A stretch of 64,000 nt of DNA from Candidatus Sulfomarinibacteraceae bacterium (GTDB lineage Bacteria; Acidobacteriota; Thermoanaerobaculia; Thermoanaerobaculales; Sulfomarinibacteraceae). Within the stretch, counting starts at the first letter, position 1, and the number at the start of each line of letters is the position of its first letter. Position numbers and translations under genes: made by a program. The notes under the pieces were generated by a model. The model ran no database searches. It was not told the origin of the DNA and saw nothing but the letters and a program-made list of their open reading frames with translations. Below, in pieces: positions 48,191-56,833 of the stretch. The stretch is taken from assembly GCA_963741385.1 (NCBI GenBank), contig CAVUHO010000004.1, forward strand, positions 72,099 through 136,098, written 5' to 3'.

Positions 48191-48933
48191 ACTTGGCGGT
48201 GCCTCTGAAGCGTTCCGCGAAAGCGCTTCCAGTCCTGTGCGTGCTCGTCGCGGCGTGCTCGTCACCGTCACCGGTTGACGAGATCGTCGCCTCCAACCTC
48301 GCCGCCCGCGGCGGCAAAGAGCGGATCCAGGCCCTGCAGTCGATCCGCGAGACCGGAACGGTCACCGCGAGTGACGGGCGGGTGGCGCACGTGGTTCGGG
48401 AAATCAAACGCCCCGGTCTCTTCCGTCTCGAATTCTCCTCCCAGGGAACGACGAGCGTCTTCGCCCACGACGGCGAAACCGGGTGGCAGGTCGCACCCTT
48501 GCAGGGCCAGTTCGAACCCCAGAAGATGGGGGCCGATCTGGATGCAGCAGCGGGAGCCGACCAGCGTGATATCGAAGGCCCGCTCGTGGACTGGCGCGAG
48601 AAAGGCCGCACGGTCGTGCTCGTCGGCCGCGAGACGCTTCCCGGCGGTGAAGTCTTCAAGCTCCAGGTCACGCTCGAGGATGGCACGGTCCGCTACGACT
48701 CTGTCGATGTCGCGTCGCGCCAGATCGTCCGCTCCGACGTTCCGCGAACGGTCGGGGGCCACGCCGTACAGCTCGAGAACACCTTCTCGGACTTCCGGGA
48801 GGTTGGCGGGCTCGTCTTTCCTTTCCACATCGAGACCCACGTTGTGGACCGGCCCGAGATCCTCACGATCACTGTCGACACCATCGAGCTCAACCCCGAC
48901 CTCGACGACGAGAAGTTCCGGTTTCCCGGATAG
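48187..48933 (+). CDS. lipoprotein, LolA-like / outer-membrane lipoprotein-sorting fold (tentative)
   Basis: ATGA overlap with the previous gene. Lipobox LVAAC. The pattern LAARGGKERIQALQSIRETG..RLEF..DGETGW resembles that family, but this is from memory only. Confidence 0.5.
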   Translation: MNLAVPLKRSAKALPVLCVLVAACSSPSPVDEIVASNLAARGGKERIQALQSIRETGTVTASDGRVAHVVREIKRPGLFRLEFSSQGTTSVFAHDGETGWQVAPLQGQFEPQKMGADLDAAAGADQRDIEGPLVDWREKGRTVVLVGRETLPGGEVFKLQVTLEDGTVRYDSVDVASRQIVRSDVPRTVGGHAVQLENTFSDFREVGGLVFPFHIETHVVDRPEILTITVDTIELNPDLDDEKFRFPG

Positions 48934-48944
48934 GCCGCGACACC

Positions 48945-51236
48945 GTGCAGCAACCGGGCGCACCCCATCTGTCCGCTGGGGAGACCCGCCGGAGGGTGCC
49001 CGAACTGCTGTCGCCGGCCGGTTCGCCGGCCTGTCTGCCGGCCGCGGTGGCCGGGGGCGCCGATGCCGTGTACCTCGGTCTCCAGCGGTTCAGCGCCCGC
49101 GCGCGGGCGGAGAACTTCCACGTCGAGGAGCTTGGCGAGACGGTGAGCTTCCTGCACGAGCGCGGGCTTCGCTGCTACGTGACGCTCAACACCCTGCTCC
49201 ACGATCTCGAGTTGCCGGCGGCCGTGGAAACGGCGCGCCGCGTCTTCGAAGCCGGCGCCGACGCGGCGATCCTGCAGGATCTCGGGCTGTGGCGGGTGCT
49301 CCGTCACGAGCTGCCCGGGCTTTCATTGCATGCCTCGACCCAGATGACCGTGCACTCCCGCGAGCAGATCGAGGTGCTGGCCGCACTCGGCGCCCGCCGG
49401 ATCATTCTCGCGCGCGAGCTCAGCCTCGATGAGATCGCAGCGTGCGCCGCGACCGCGGCGGGCCTCGGCGTCGAGGTCGAGTGTTTTGTCCACGGGGCCC
49501 TGTGCTACGCCTACAGCGGCCAGTGCCAGATGTCCTTCTTCGCCGCCGGCCGCAGCGCCAACCGAGGGGCCTGCATCCAGAGCTGCCGCTTCGCCTACGA
49601 CCTCGACGGGAGTGAGGATTCCCATCTCGCGATGCGCGATCTCAACCTGCTCGAACGGATCCCGGAGGTGGCTGCGACCGGGGTCGCGTCGCTCAAGATC
49701 GAGGGCCGGCTGAAGGGACCCGAGTACGTTTTCACGGTGTGCCGCGCGTACCGCGACGCCTTGACCGCGGTCGCGGAGGGCCGGGAGTTCGATGCAGACG
49801 CCCGGCGCAACGAGCTGCGGGAGGTGTTCGCACGGCCGTTCACGCTCGGGCCGGCCTTCGGCGAGCTCGGCGAGGAGGCTCGGCAGGCCGGGGCCTGCGA
49901 CGCCGACCAGCCTGCCGATGCGGAGCTGCTGCAGATCTCGCGGCGCGATGGCACCGCGGTGCTGCGCTCGACCGGTGAGATCGCCGCCGGGCAGGGGTTC
50001 CGTTTCGCAGTCGACGGCTCCGACGGCGGCTTCCTGGTCACCCACGCCCGGCGCCAGGAGGACGGGACATGGTTCTGCAAGGTGCGAATCGCGCGGCACG
50101 GCTCTCACCTGCCGGATGGTCTCGCGCTCCACCGAAACGTGGACCAGGCCCGTGGGGCGCAGGTCAGAGAGTTGATCCGCGAGATCGGCGTTCCCCGCGT
50201 CTCGCAGCCGGCGATTGGCATCCACCTCGAAGTCGAGGCTCGACTCGGCGAAAAACTGATCGTCAGCGCGCGAACCGACGACGGACGCAGCGCGCGGGCC
50301 GAGGCGGGTACGGTGGAGCGGGCGCGAAACCAGGCCCTCGGCGAGGACATGCTGCGCACGACGCTCGGCGCATTCGGCGGCTCGGGTTTTTCCCTGCGCA
50401 GCCTGAACTCCGAGATCGAGCCCGCAGTCTTCGTGCCCCCGTCGTCGCTCAAGAAGGCCCGGCGCCGGCTCGTCGAGGAACTCGCACAGCTGCCGGTCGT
50501 CGAGCAGCGACGATGGGCGCTGCCCGAGCCCCTCACGGTTTCCCGTTCGTGCGCGGTCCACGTGGCCGTTTCCTCGCCGGCCGCGGCGAGCGCGGCGCTC
50601 GCGGCCGGCGCCGCCGCCGCGTGGCTCGACGACCCCACCCTCGATCTGTGGGGTGACCACCCGCCCCGTCTGCCCGACCTGCCGCCCGGCCTCTGGCTGC
50701 GCCATCCGGCTGTGGCGCCGACCTCGCCTCACCTCGCCGCGCTCGGTTTGCCGGTCGTTGCCGGCCACCTTGGGGTGCTGGCGGCAGCCGCCGCCGCAGG
50801 CCTTCCGGTGATCGCCGATCTCGGCCTCAACGTGGTCAACCACGCGACCTGCGACACCCTCGCCGATCTCGGTGCGACCGCCTGCGTTGCCAGCTGGGAG
50901 TGCTCGCCCGCTCAACTCGCCGAGCTGGTGGGAAGAACCCGCTGCCCGGTCATCTTCGCCGTCGGCGGCCGACCCGCCGTCATGGCCACTCGACAGGTTC
51001 ACGGCCTGGCGCCCGGCGATGCGCCACGACATCTGATCTCTCCAACGGGTCCGACCTATTCACTGGCGACTCACGTCAGCGGCCACACCGTGATTCGTGA
51101 GACCCGCGAGCACGACCGCCTCGCCGACCTCGAAGATCTGCTCCCCCGGGTCGCAGGCGTCCTGCTCGAGGCCGCAGACTCCGAGGTAGCCGAAGTCGCC
51201 GAGAGAACCAGAAGGCTCCGTCAGCTCGCGAGGTAG
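48945..51236 (+). CDS. peptidase U32 family protein (763 aa)
   Basis: PELLSPAGS..GADAVYLG..FSARARAENF..CYVTLNTL..ILQDLG..LHASTQM..ILARELSLDEI..EVECFVHGALCYAYSGQC..RSANRGACIQSCR. Confidence 0.8.
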   Translation: MQQPGAPHLSAGETRRRVPELLSPAGSPACLPAAVAGGADAVYLGLQRFSARARAENFHVEELGETVSFLHERGLRCYVTLNTLLHDLELPAAVETARRVFEAGADAAILQDLGLWRVLRHELPGLSLHASTQMTVHSREQIEVLAALGARRIILARELSLDEIAACAATAAGLGVEVECFVHGALCYAYSGQCQMSFFAAGRSANRGACIQSCRFAYDLDGSEDSHLAMRDLNLLERIPEVAATGVASLKIEGRLKGPEYVFTVCRAYRDALTAVAEGREFDADARRNELREVFARPFTLGPAFGELGEEARQAGACDADQPADAELLQISRRDGTAVLRSTGEIAAGQGFRFAVDGSDGGFLVTHARRQEDGTWFCKVRIARHGSHLPDGLALHRNVDQARGAQVRELIREIGVPRVSQPAIGIHLEVEARLGEKLIVSARTDDGRSARAEAGTVERARNQALGEDMLRTTLGAFGGSGFSLRSLNSEIEPAVFVPPSSLKKARRRLVEELAQLPVVEQRRWALPEPLTVSRSCAVHVAVSSPAAASAALAAGAAAAWLDDPTLDLWGDHPPRLPDLPPGLWLRHPAVAPTSPHLAALGLPVVAGHLGVLAAAAAAGLPVIADLGLNVVNHATCDTLADLGATACVASWECSPAQLAELVGRTRCPVIFAVGGRPAVMATRQVHGLAPGDAPRHLISPTGPTYSLATHVSGHTVIRETREHDRLADLEDLLPRVAGVLLEAADSEVAEVAERTRRLRQLAR

Positions 51237-51649
51237 CGGCTCGCAATCGCCGCGATGAACGCATCGAAATCACCGAGGTCATCCTCGAGGATTCGCCAGA
51301 CCTCATCGGGCGCGACCTCGTCGTAGAGATGCACGACGCGGTTTCGAAAACGGACCATCGCGAGGAACGCTTCACGCCGGTCGGCTGGAAGCACGCCCTC
51401 CCGCACCAGGATCTCGATCGTCTCGGAGTAGGCGCGCGGGACACCCAGCCCTTCGCGGGCGACCACGTGGTTGGCGATGTCGATCATGGCCTCAATCGCA
51501 GTCTGCAACCACCGCGCAGCCGCAGCCTGGGACTTGTCGTCGCCGAGAAACGCCTCTCGGCCATCGCCCCGAAGCAGCTCGAGATTGCGGACGTTGCTTC
51601 GCACGAAATCGATGTGCGAACGCAGCTTCGTACGATCAACCGGCGCCAT
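51221..51649 (-). CDS. hepT: HepT-like (DUF86) toxin RNase of a type VII toxin-antitoxin pair
   Basis: R-x4-H-x-Y motif in VRFRNRVVHLY. 142 aa. A 14-nt overlap with the upstream nucleotidyltransferase gene. Confidence 0.75.
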   Translation of the reverse strand: MAPVDRTKLRSHIDFVRSNVRNLELLRGDGREAFLGDDKSQAAAARWLQTAIEAMIDIANHVVAREGLGVPRAYSETIEILVREGVLPADRREAFLAMVRFRNRVVHLYDEVAPDEVWRILEDDLGDFDAFIAAIASRYLAS

Positions 51650-52097
51650 GACAGTACTCCTCGATCAACGCCCGATCGTACTCCTCGAAGAAGCGCGCCT
51701 CGTCGATGGCGAAATCACAGTAGCGGGTGACGGTCCTCTCCACGAAGTCCGCATGGGCGATCTCGTCGAGCAGGACCAGCCTCCGACCTTCGGCCAAGAC
51801 CCGGTGGCGGAACGCGAGCGGCGCATTGTTCAGGATCGTGACCGAAACATCGTCCTCGCGCAGCGCCTCCGTGATGCGCCCGATCAGCTCCAGGTGCTGT
51901 CGCGGCGAAGGCTCCTTCCCATCGACGAACACCAGCGCGAGATCAACATCGCTGAGCGGCGTCTGATACGGCGTCCCGTAGGAACCATACAGATAGACCG
52001 CAGCCAGGCTCGGCACGTCGCCGAGGATCGACTCCAGCGCCGGAAGCCGTTCAGAAACGTCGATCATTCGACCGGTGTTGCGGATCTTGCGGGTCAT
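51636..52097 (-). CDS. mntA: MntA-like minimal nucleotidyltransferase antitoxin
   Basis: YLYGSYGTPYQTPLSDVDLALVF (G-S-x..D-x-D motif). ATG 52097 chosen inside ORF 51636..52247. Confidence 0.75.
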   Translation of the reverse strand: MTRKIRNTGRMIDVSERLPALESILGDVPSLAAVYLYGSYGTPYQTPLSDVDLALVFVDGKEPSPRQHLELIGRITEALREDDVSVTILNNAPLAFRHRVLAEGRRLVLLDEIAHADFVERTVTRYCDFAIDEARFFEEYDRALIEEYCHGAG

Positions 52098-52210
52098 GGC
52101 TCCATTCTGAAGGAGGCGGCCCGCGGAAGCAAACGGGATCTCCATCGACGCCGCTTCCAAAAACGCCTCCCGCCGTGTCCAAGACCGCGGGTCATTGGTA
52201 TCCTTCCGGC

Positions 52211-54097
52211 ATGTCAGATGCCGAAGTTGTTCGATTCCCCGGGACAAAAATCTCCGGCGGCGACACCTGGCAGATCGCCTACGTGAGGTACCCTTCGTGG
52301 GTCGAAGAAGAAGGCGAGTATTACCGGCCGTGGGTCGCGCTGGCCGCGAGCGCCGCGACCGGGCTGATCGGATCGTCCGATCTCGCCCGCTGCGACACGC
52401 CCGGCGTCGAGCTGGCGCTGGCAGCGTTGGAGAGCTTGCACGAGGTCTCCGGAACCCGGCCGGCGTTGATCGAGGTCGCCGACCCCGAACTCGCCGACCA
52501 CCTTGCCAGCCAGCCGCCTGGCTTCGAGTGCGAAATATCGTACCGCGGCGACCTGCCGCTGCTGGCCGATCCTCTCAGCGCGATGTACCAAGAACTCACT
52601 GCCAACGAGCCATACGACGCCGCTACGGTGGTGCCCGGGGTGACCATCGACCACCTGCGGGCCTTTGCCGACGCGGCGGAGATTTTCAGGCTCGCCGCTC
52701 CGTGGCACCACCTCGAATCTTTCGACATCATCGAGGTGGGCGCCCCGCGACCGGCGCCCAACGTCCGCTTCGCCTGCGTGCTCGGCGCGCTCGGGGAGTG
52801 CGGTTTCGGTTTCGCGGAGAACCGATCGCTTCTCGAGAGCCCTCCGGATGACCAACAAGGGGCATTCGAACGTCTCGCCGATACCTCGATGTGGTCTGTC
52901 ACTTTTTGCGATCCCTGGGAGGTCCCCGTTCGGGAGCAGGACGCGTGGCAAGAGCACGGGCTCGCCGCCGATCCCGAGGGGCGCATTCCCTGTGCCCTCC
53001 AGTTCGGGCCCAAACGAAGAGTGCGCCGCGCCAGCCCCAGGATGTTGGCCTTCTTCGAGGGGATGTTCCGCGCCCTCGCGGCGACCGGCGAGGACGAATT
53101 GGATTCGGGTACGTGGCGCAAGGTCGTCGACACCAGCCAGGGTCCGCTCGAGCTCGCCCTTTCACTGCCGGATCTGTTGGCGCCACGTGAACCAGGGCCG
53201 GACTCCAAACCACCCCTCTTCAACCCCCTGCGACAGGCCGTTGTCATGGACTCGATTCGCGAGCTGGTCGAAAGGCAGAATTTCGACTCTGCAGAGGAGA
53301 TGCAGGATTTTTTCGACCGCGAGCTCGCAGGAAAGAAGCTGCCGCCGCCCAGGATCGAGGGTCCGAAAGATCAGGCCCGCGAGCTGGCCCTTGAGGCCAT
53401 GGACATCCCGGGGCGTAGAGGTATCGCCCTCGCCCGGAGGGCCCTCGAGCTGGACCCCGACTGCGTTCACGCCCACATCGCGATTGCCAATCGCGCGTAC
53501 GATTCGGCCACCGCCGTCGAACGATATCGCGAGGCCGTGGCGGCGGCCGAACGCACCCTCGGCCCGGAGGTCTTCGAGGAAGACGCCGGGGCGTTTTGGG
53601 GCATCAGCTCGACCCGGCCCTACATGGAGGCCCGCAAAGGTCTCGCCGACGTCCTCATGTTGGACGGACAGGTCGGCGAGGCCGTGAATCACTACACGGA
53701 GCTTCTGCGCCTGAACCCGAACGACAATCAGGGCATCCGCGACCTTCTCGCTCCGGCCCTGATGATCCTGGGCGACAACGCCTCGGCACAGGAACTGCTC
53801 AACTGCTACCGCGAGGACCTCGGGGCCGCTCCGGCCTTCAACTCGGCGTTGGTCGCCTTCCGCCGCCGGGGCAACACCAAGGTCGCGCGCAAGCGGCTCG
53901 CCAACGCGCTGGACCGCAACCACCACGTTGCCGACCTGCTCCTGAACCGCAGCGAGATACCGGACGAGGATTCGTTTGGCTACACCCTCGGCAGCGTCGA
54001 CGAGGCGGCCTACTACATCGAGAGCGCCGGCCAGGCCTGGAGCGAAAGCCCCGGCGCGCTGGAGTGGCTCGCGGACTTCATCGACTCCGATCGGTAG
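52211..54097 (+). CDS. hypothetical protein with C-terminal TPR-like helical repeats (628 aa)
   Basis: The C-terminal third reads as TPR-like (ARRALELDPDCVHAHIAIANRAY..EAVNHYTELLRLNPNDNQGIR). The N-terminal domain is unrecognised. Confidence 0.5.
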   Translation: MSDAEVVRFPGTKISGGDTWQIAYVRYPSWVEEEGEYYRPWVALAASAATGLIGSSDLARCDTPGVELALAALESLHEVSGTRPALIEVADPELADHLASQPPGFECEISYRGDLPLLADPLSAMYQELTANEPYDAATVVPGVTIDHLRAFADAAEIFRLAAPWHHLESFDIIEVGAPRPAPNVRFACVLGALGECGFGFAENRSLLESPPDDQQGAFERLADTSMWSVTFCDPWEVPVREQDAWQEHGLAADPEGRIPCALQFGPKRRVRRASPRMLAFFEGMFRALAATGEDELDSGTWRKVVDTSQGPLELALSLPDLLAPREPGPDSKPPLFNPLRQAVVMDSIRELVERQNFDSAEEMQDFFDRELAGKKLPPPRIEGPKDQARELALEAMDIPGRRGIALARRALELDPDCVHAHIAIANRAYDSATAVERYREAVAAAERTLGPEVFEEDAGAFWGISSTRPYMEARKGLADVLMLDGQVGEAVNHYTELLRLNPNDNQGIRDLLAPALMILGDNASAQELLNCYREDLGAAPAFNSALVAFRRRGNTKVARKRLANALDRNHHVADLLLNRSEIPDEDSFGYTLGSVDEAAYYIESAGQAWSESPGALEWLADFIDSDR

Positions 54098-54113
54098 GAG
54101 TCAGCCGCCGATC

Positions 54114-54608
54114 TCACCGCGTCTCAACGCCGCCCTCCGAACCTTCCAGGGGCTTTTCATTTGAGACGCGCCGTTTCGGTTGACCGGCCACATAATGGGT
54201 TGCGTACAGCGACTCCATATAAGGGCTGCCGCTTTTTGAAAAACGCAGCAGCGTCTTGCGGCCCTTGCCCCATTTCTTGGAGACCGTCACCGACTGTTTC
54301 AGGCCGCGCTCTTCGGCGTGATATCTCAGGATCTTCAGCACCCGTTGCGCCTTTGAAAGGTTGCAGGTGATGACCCGTTCGAGATAGGGGACCCGCCCGA
54401 ACCGCCAATCTTCGAAACGGTCCTTCTCGAGGAAACCGATTCTCATCATGACATCGACCGGCGCCACCACCGTTCCGTTTTGGAGGATCGCGTGGACCGC
54501 CGCCGTGACCCGGGGGTACAACGTGTCCTTTTTGAAGCTCGACTTCTTGGTTTTCAAGACCTCGTCCCGCGCCGATGAGTTTCCGTTCCGCCCGTCACCA
54601 AGGATCAT
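54114..54608 (-). CDS. basic hypothetical protein (164 aa)
   Basis: ATG 54608 chosen because the upstream part of ORF 54114..54695 lies in the repeat array. Lys/Arg-rich. No motif recognised. Confidence 0.4.
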   Translation of the reverse strand: MILGDGRNGNSSARDEVLKTKKSSFKKDTLYPRVTAAVHAILQNGTVVAPVDVMMRIGFLEKDRFEDWRFGRVPYLERVITCNLSKAQRVLKILRYHAEERGLKQSVTVSKKWGKGRKTLLRFSKSGSPYMESLYATHYVAGQPKRRVSNEKPLEGSEGGVETR

Positions 54609-54670
54609 AACCAAGCGGCGCGAGAAGTACGAGCCGCGGGATCGCGGGGTGACACCGTGAACCTCCCGCC

Positions 54671-55057
54671 GGCACGCGAGACGCGTGCCCCACAACCGGT
54701 TCGCGGCGCCTTGTGGGACAGCCGTCCCGGCTGCCGGGCGCAGGCCTCACGCTGATTTTGTGGGGCAGCCGTCCCGGCTGCCATGCGGCACGCGAGACGC
54801 GTGCCCCACAACACGGGCCCCAGGCGCCTTGTGGGGCAGCCGTCCCGGCTGCCAGCGTCCCGGCTGCCATGCGGCACGCGAGACGCGTGCCCCACAACAC
54901 GGGCCCCAGGCGCCTTGTGGGGCAGCCGTCCCGGCTGCCGGACGAAGGCCTCACGCTGATTTTGTGGGGCAGCCGTCCCGGCTGCCATGCGGCACGCGAG
55001 ACGCGTGCCCCACAACACGGGCCCCAGGCGCCTTGTGGGGCAGCCGTCCCGGCTGCC
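54671..55057. repeat. dense array of 10 hairpin units in alternating orientation with a ~204-nt higher-order repeat (BIME-like)
   Basis: Forward units TTGTGGGGCAGCCGTCCCGGCTGCC at 54711, 54758, 54829, 54915, 54962 and 55033. Reverse units GGCACGCGAGACGCGTGCCCCACAA at 54671, 54787, 54873 and 54991. The linkers between units are identical. Confidence 0.9.
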
Positions 55058-55070
55058 GGGTGAGACGGCA

Positions 55071-55610
55071 TCACTGCCCGGTCGGAATCGGGACCGGTAT
55101 GGGAAGTGTCGTCGACACCTCAGTGCCCCACAGGGGCTTGACCGTGGCGGATGGCCCGTCCGGCGGGTCGATGGTGAATCCCCCGCTCCACACCGGTCTG
55201 AGGTAGGTCAGCGCCTCGCCCGGCGCATCGATCGTCAAACCGCCGTTCCAGCCCGGCTTGATATACGTCCTGGCCTCACCGACCGTGTCGACCGTGTAGC
55301 CGCCGTTCAAACCCGGTCTGACATACGTGGGCAGCCCGCCGACCGCCTGCACCTTATAGCCCCCGCCCCACGCCGGCTTGACCGATATCGGCGTCTCGCC
55401 GACCTGCTGGATCGTGTAGCCGCCGCTCCAATCCGAGCGAACCGTGATCGTCGGCTCTCCCGGTGTGGACACCGTGTAGCCACTGTTCGTCCCCGGCGTC
55501 GCGGGGATCGGGACCCAGATGCGCTGCTCCGAGACCGACGAATCCTGCGCCGCGACCATTGAAACCCCGAACAGCACGAGAGCCGAAATCAGAACCAGAG
55601 AGCGGTGCAT
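55071..55610 (-). CDS. secreted protein built from six 20-aa tandem repeats
   Basis: Signal MHRSLVLISALVLFGVSMVAA, then units such as TIQQVGETPISVKPAWGGGY / TVDTVGEARTYIKPGWNGGL / TIDAPGEALTYLRPVWSGGF. Confidence 0.65.
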   Translation of the reverse strand: MHRSLVLISALVLFGVSMVAAQDSSVSEQRIWVPIPATPGTNSGYTVSTPGEPTITVRSDWSGGYTIQQVGETPISVKPAWGGGYKVQAVGGLPTYVRPGLNGGYTVDTVGEARTYIKPGWNGGLTIDAPGEALTYLRPVWSGGFTIDPPDGPSATVKPLWGTEVSTTLPIPVPIPTGQ

Positions 55611-55755
55611 CGTTCCATGCTCCTTTCGTCAACTCCCGGAACAACAGCAAGACCGATGCCCGAACTCAGATTGAGATGCCGAGAGGCTCCCGGTCGCCGC
55701 CGTCCACCGGGGAGGACTGATGTCGATCACACAGGACGTTCCGAGACACAATGCC

Positions 55756-56208
55756 TCACCGCATCCGCGGATCGATGTCGAGCCTGACCGGGCTCCCGAT
55801 CGCTATCCCATGGAACCCGGGGTGCCTCGGGTTGACGATGAAGTTCGACTCGTGCGGCACGATGACGCTCGGGATCTCGAGGATGCACGACCGCTGCGAC
55901 CCAACCCACTCGTCGCCGATCCGCTGCAGATCAAATGGAGCCGGGAAGGATCGCCAGGTTGGAGGGAGTCTCTCCTGATGCACCCTTTCGACCATCGCGG
56001 CGTCGAACGTGATCGGAATGGTGACGTAGAACGGGAGCATCCTGAGGTCGGCATGGACCAGCGTCTCGAGCAGCGCGAGCGAAGTCGTCGCCGATGTGTA
56101 GACCACGGCGCGGCCGGCGCTGTGCCACCGTCCGCCGAAGAGCCGAGCCCCCTCTCCGTCGAAAGCGCTCTCCACATACCGGTTTTTCACGACCCGCCAG
56201 GCGATCAC
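55756..56208 (-). CDS. RES-domain toxin (NAD+-targeting ParT/MbcT family)
   Basis: AWRVVKNRY..GARLFGGRWHSAGRAVVYTSATTSLALLETLVH carries the R..E..S residues. The GTG start lies 2 nt after the antitoxin stop. Confidence 0.8.
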   Translation of the reverse strand: MIAWRVVKNRYVESAFDGEGARLFGGRWHSAGRAVVYTSATTSLALLETLVHADLRMLPFYVTIPITFDAAMVERVHQERLPPTWRSFPAPFDLQRIGDEWVGSQRSCILEIPSVIVPHESNFIVNPRHPGFHGIAIGSPVRLDIDPRMR

Positions 56209-56210
56209 CG

Positions 56211-56708
56211 TCAACTGATCACCCCATGCTCGATCCGGCCGATCAGATTCTCGACTTCGCGGGCGCCGACCTCGGTCCTGACCATCTCGAACGGGCAGGC
56301 CCCGCCGAGGCCGCGGTTGCCATGCATCATCCACTCCTGGGCTGCGTCGGCATCGCCCTCGAACAAATGGATCGCCCCCGCGAAAACCCGCGCCAGCCGT
56401 ACCAGCCGGTCCGACTCGTCCGGCTGGAGGCGGCCCGCCTTCTTCCTTCGAGCAAGCGTCCGCGGCGTGATTTGCGCGACTTCCGCGAGGTCGTGCGAGG
56501 ACACCTTGAGGTTGCGCTTGAGCCTTTCGAACGCGGCGAAGGAAACCCCCTCTTCAAGCCGCCTGACCAGCCCCGCGGTGTCGAACGAACGAAGGCCGAG
56601 CAACGACACATACTCGTGCCGGCCGGAAACTCCTGCAACCGTCCCGGCGCCGTAATCGAGAGCACTCTCCGAGACACCGCTGCCTTTCGATTTAGAGATT
56701 GACGACAT
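56211..56708 (-). CDS. Xre/ParS/MbcA-type antitoxin (HTH plus DUF2384-like C-terminus)
   Basis: ..LAEVAQITPRTLARRKKAGRLQPDESDRLVRLARVFAGAIHLFEGDADAAQEWM..P..GGACPFEM. ATG 56708 chosen inside ORF 56211..57110. Confidence 0.75.
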   Translation of the reverse strand: MSSISKSKGSGVSESALDYGAGTVAGVSGRHEYVSLLGLRSFDTAGLVRRLEEGVSFAAFERLKRNLKVSSHDLAEVAQITPRTLARRKKAGRLQPDESDRLVRLARVFAGAIHLFEGDADAAQEWMMHGNRGLGGACPFEMVRTEVGAREVENLIGRIEHGVIS

Positions 56709-56833
56709 CGAGCTCCGCCTCCAGCCTTTTGGCACTAATATAGATGCCAGATGGCATAGTGTCAAGGAAACGCTCCGATCCCCCGGAAGTGAAGCCTCCT
56801 CGTGACACGAAGATCGATCCGATCCCGGCGCCG

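Noticed and set aside
54671-55057. Possible CRISPR array (regularly recurring ~25-nt repeats)
   Set aside because: The 'spacers' are identical to one another. The repeats alternate in orientation, spacing is irregular (47-86 nt), and no cas genes are present. It fits a REP/BIME-type array instead.
54595-55206. ORFs 54595..55074(-), 54605..55018(-), 54685..55206(+), 54713..55063(+)
   Set aside because: All four lie entirely within the hairpin array. They overlap each other on both strands and encode repetitive Pro/Gly/Arg/Cys strings (..GSRPGCH.., ..GTAAPQ..).
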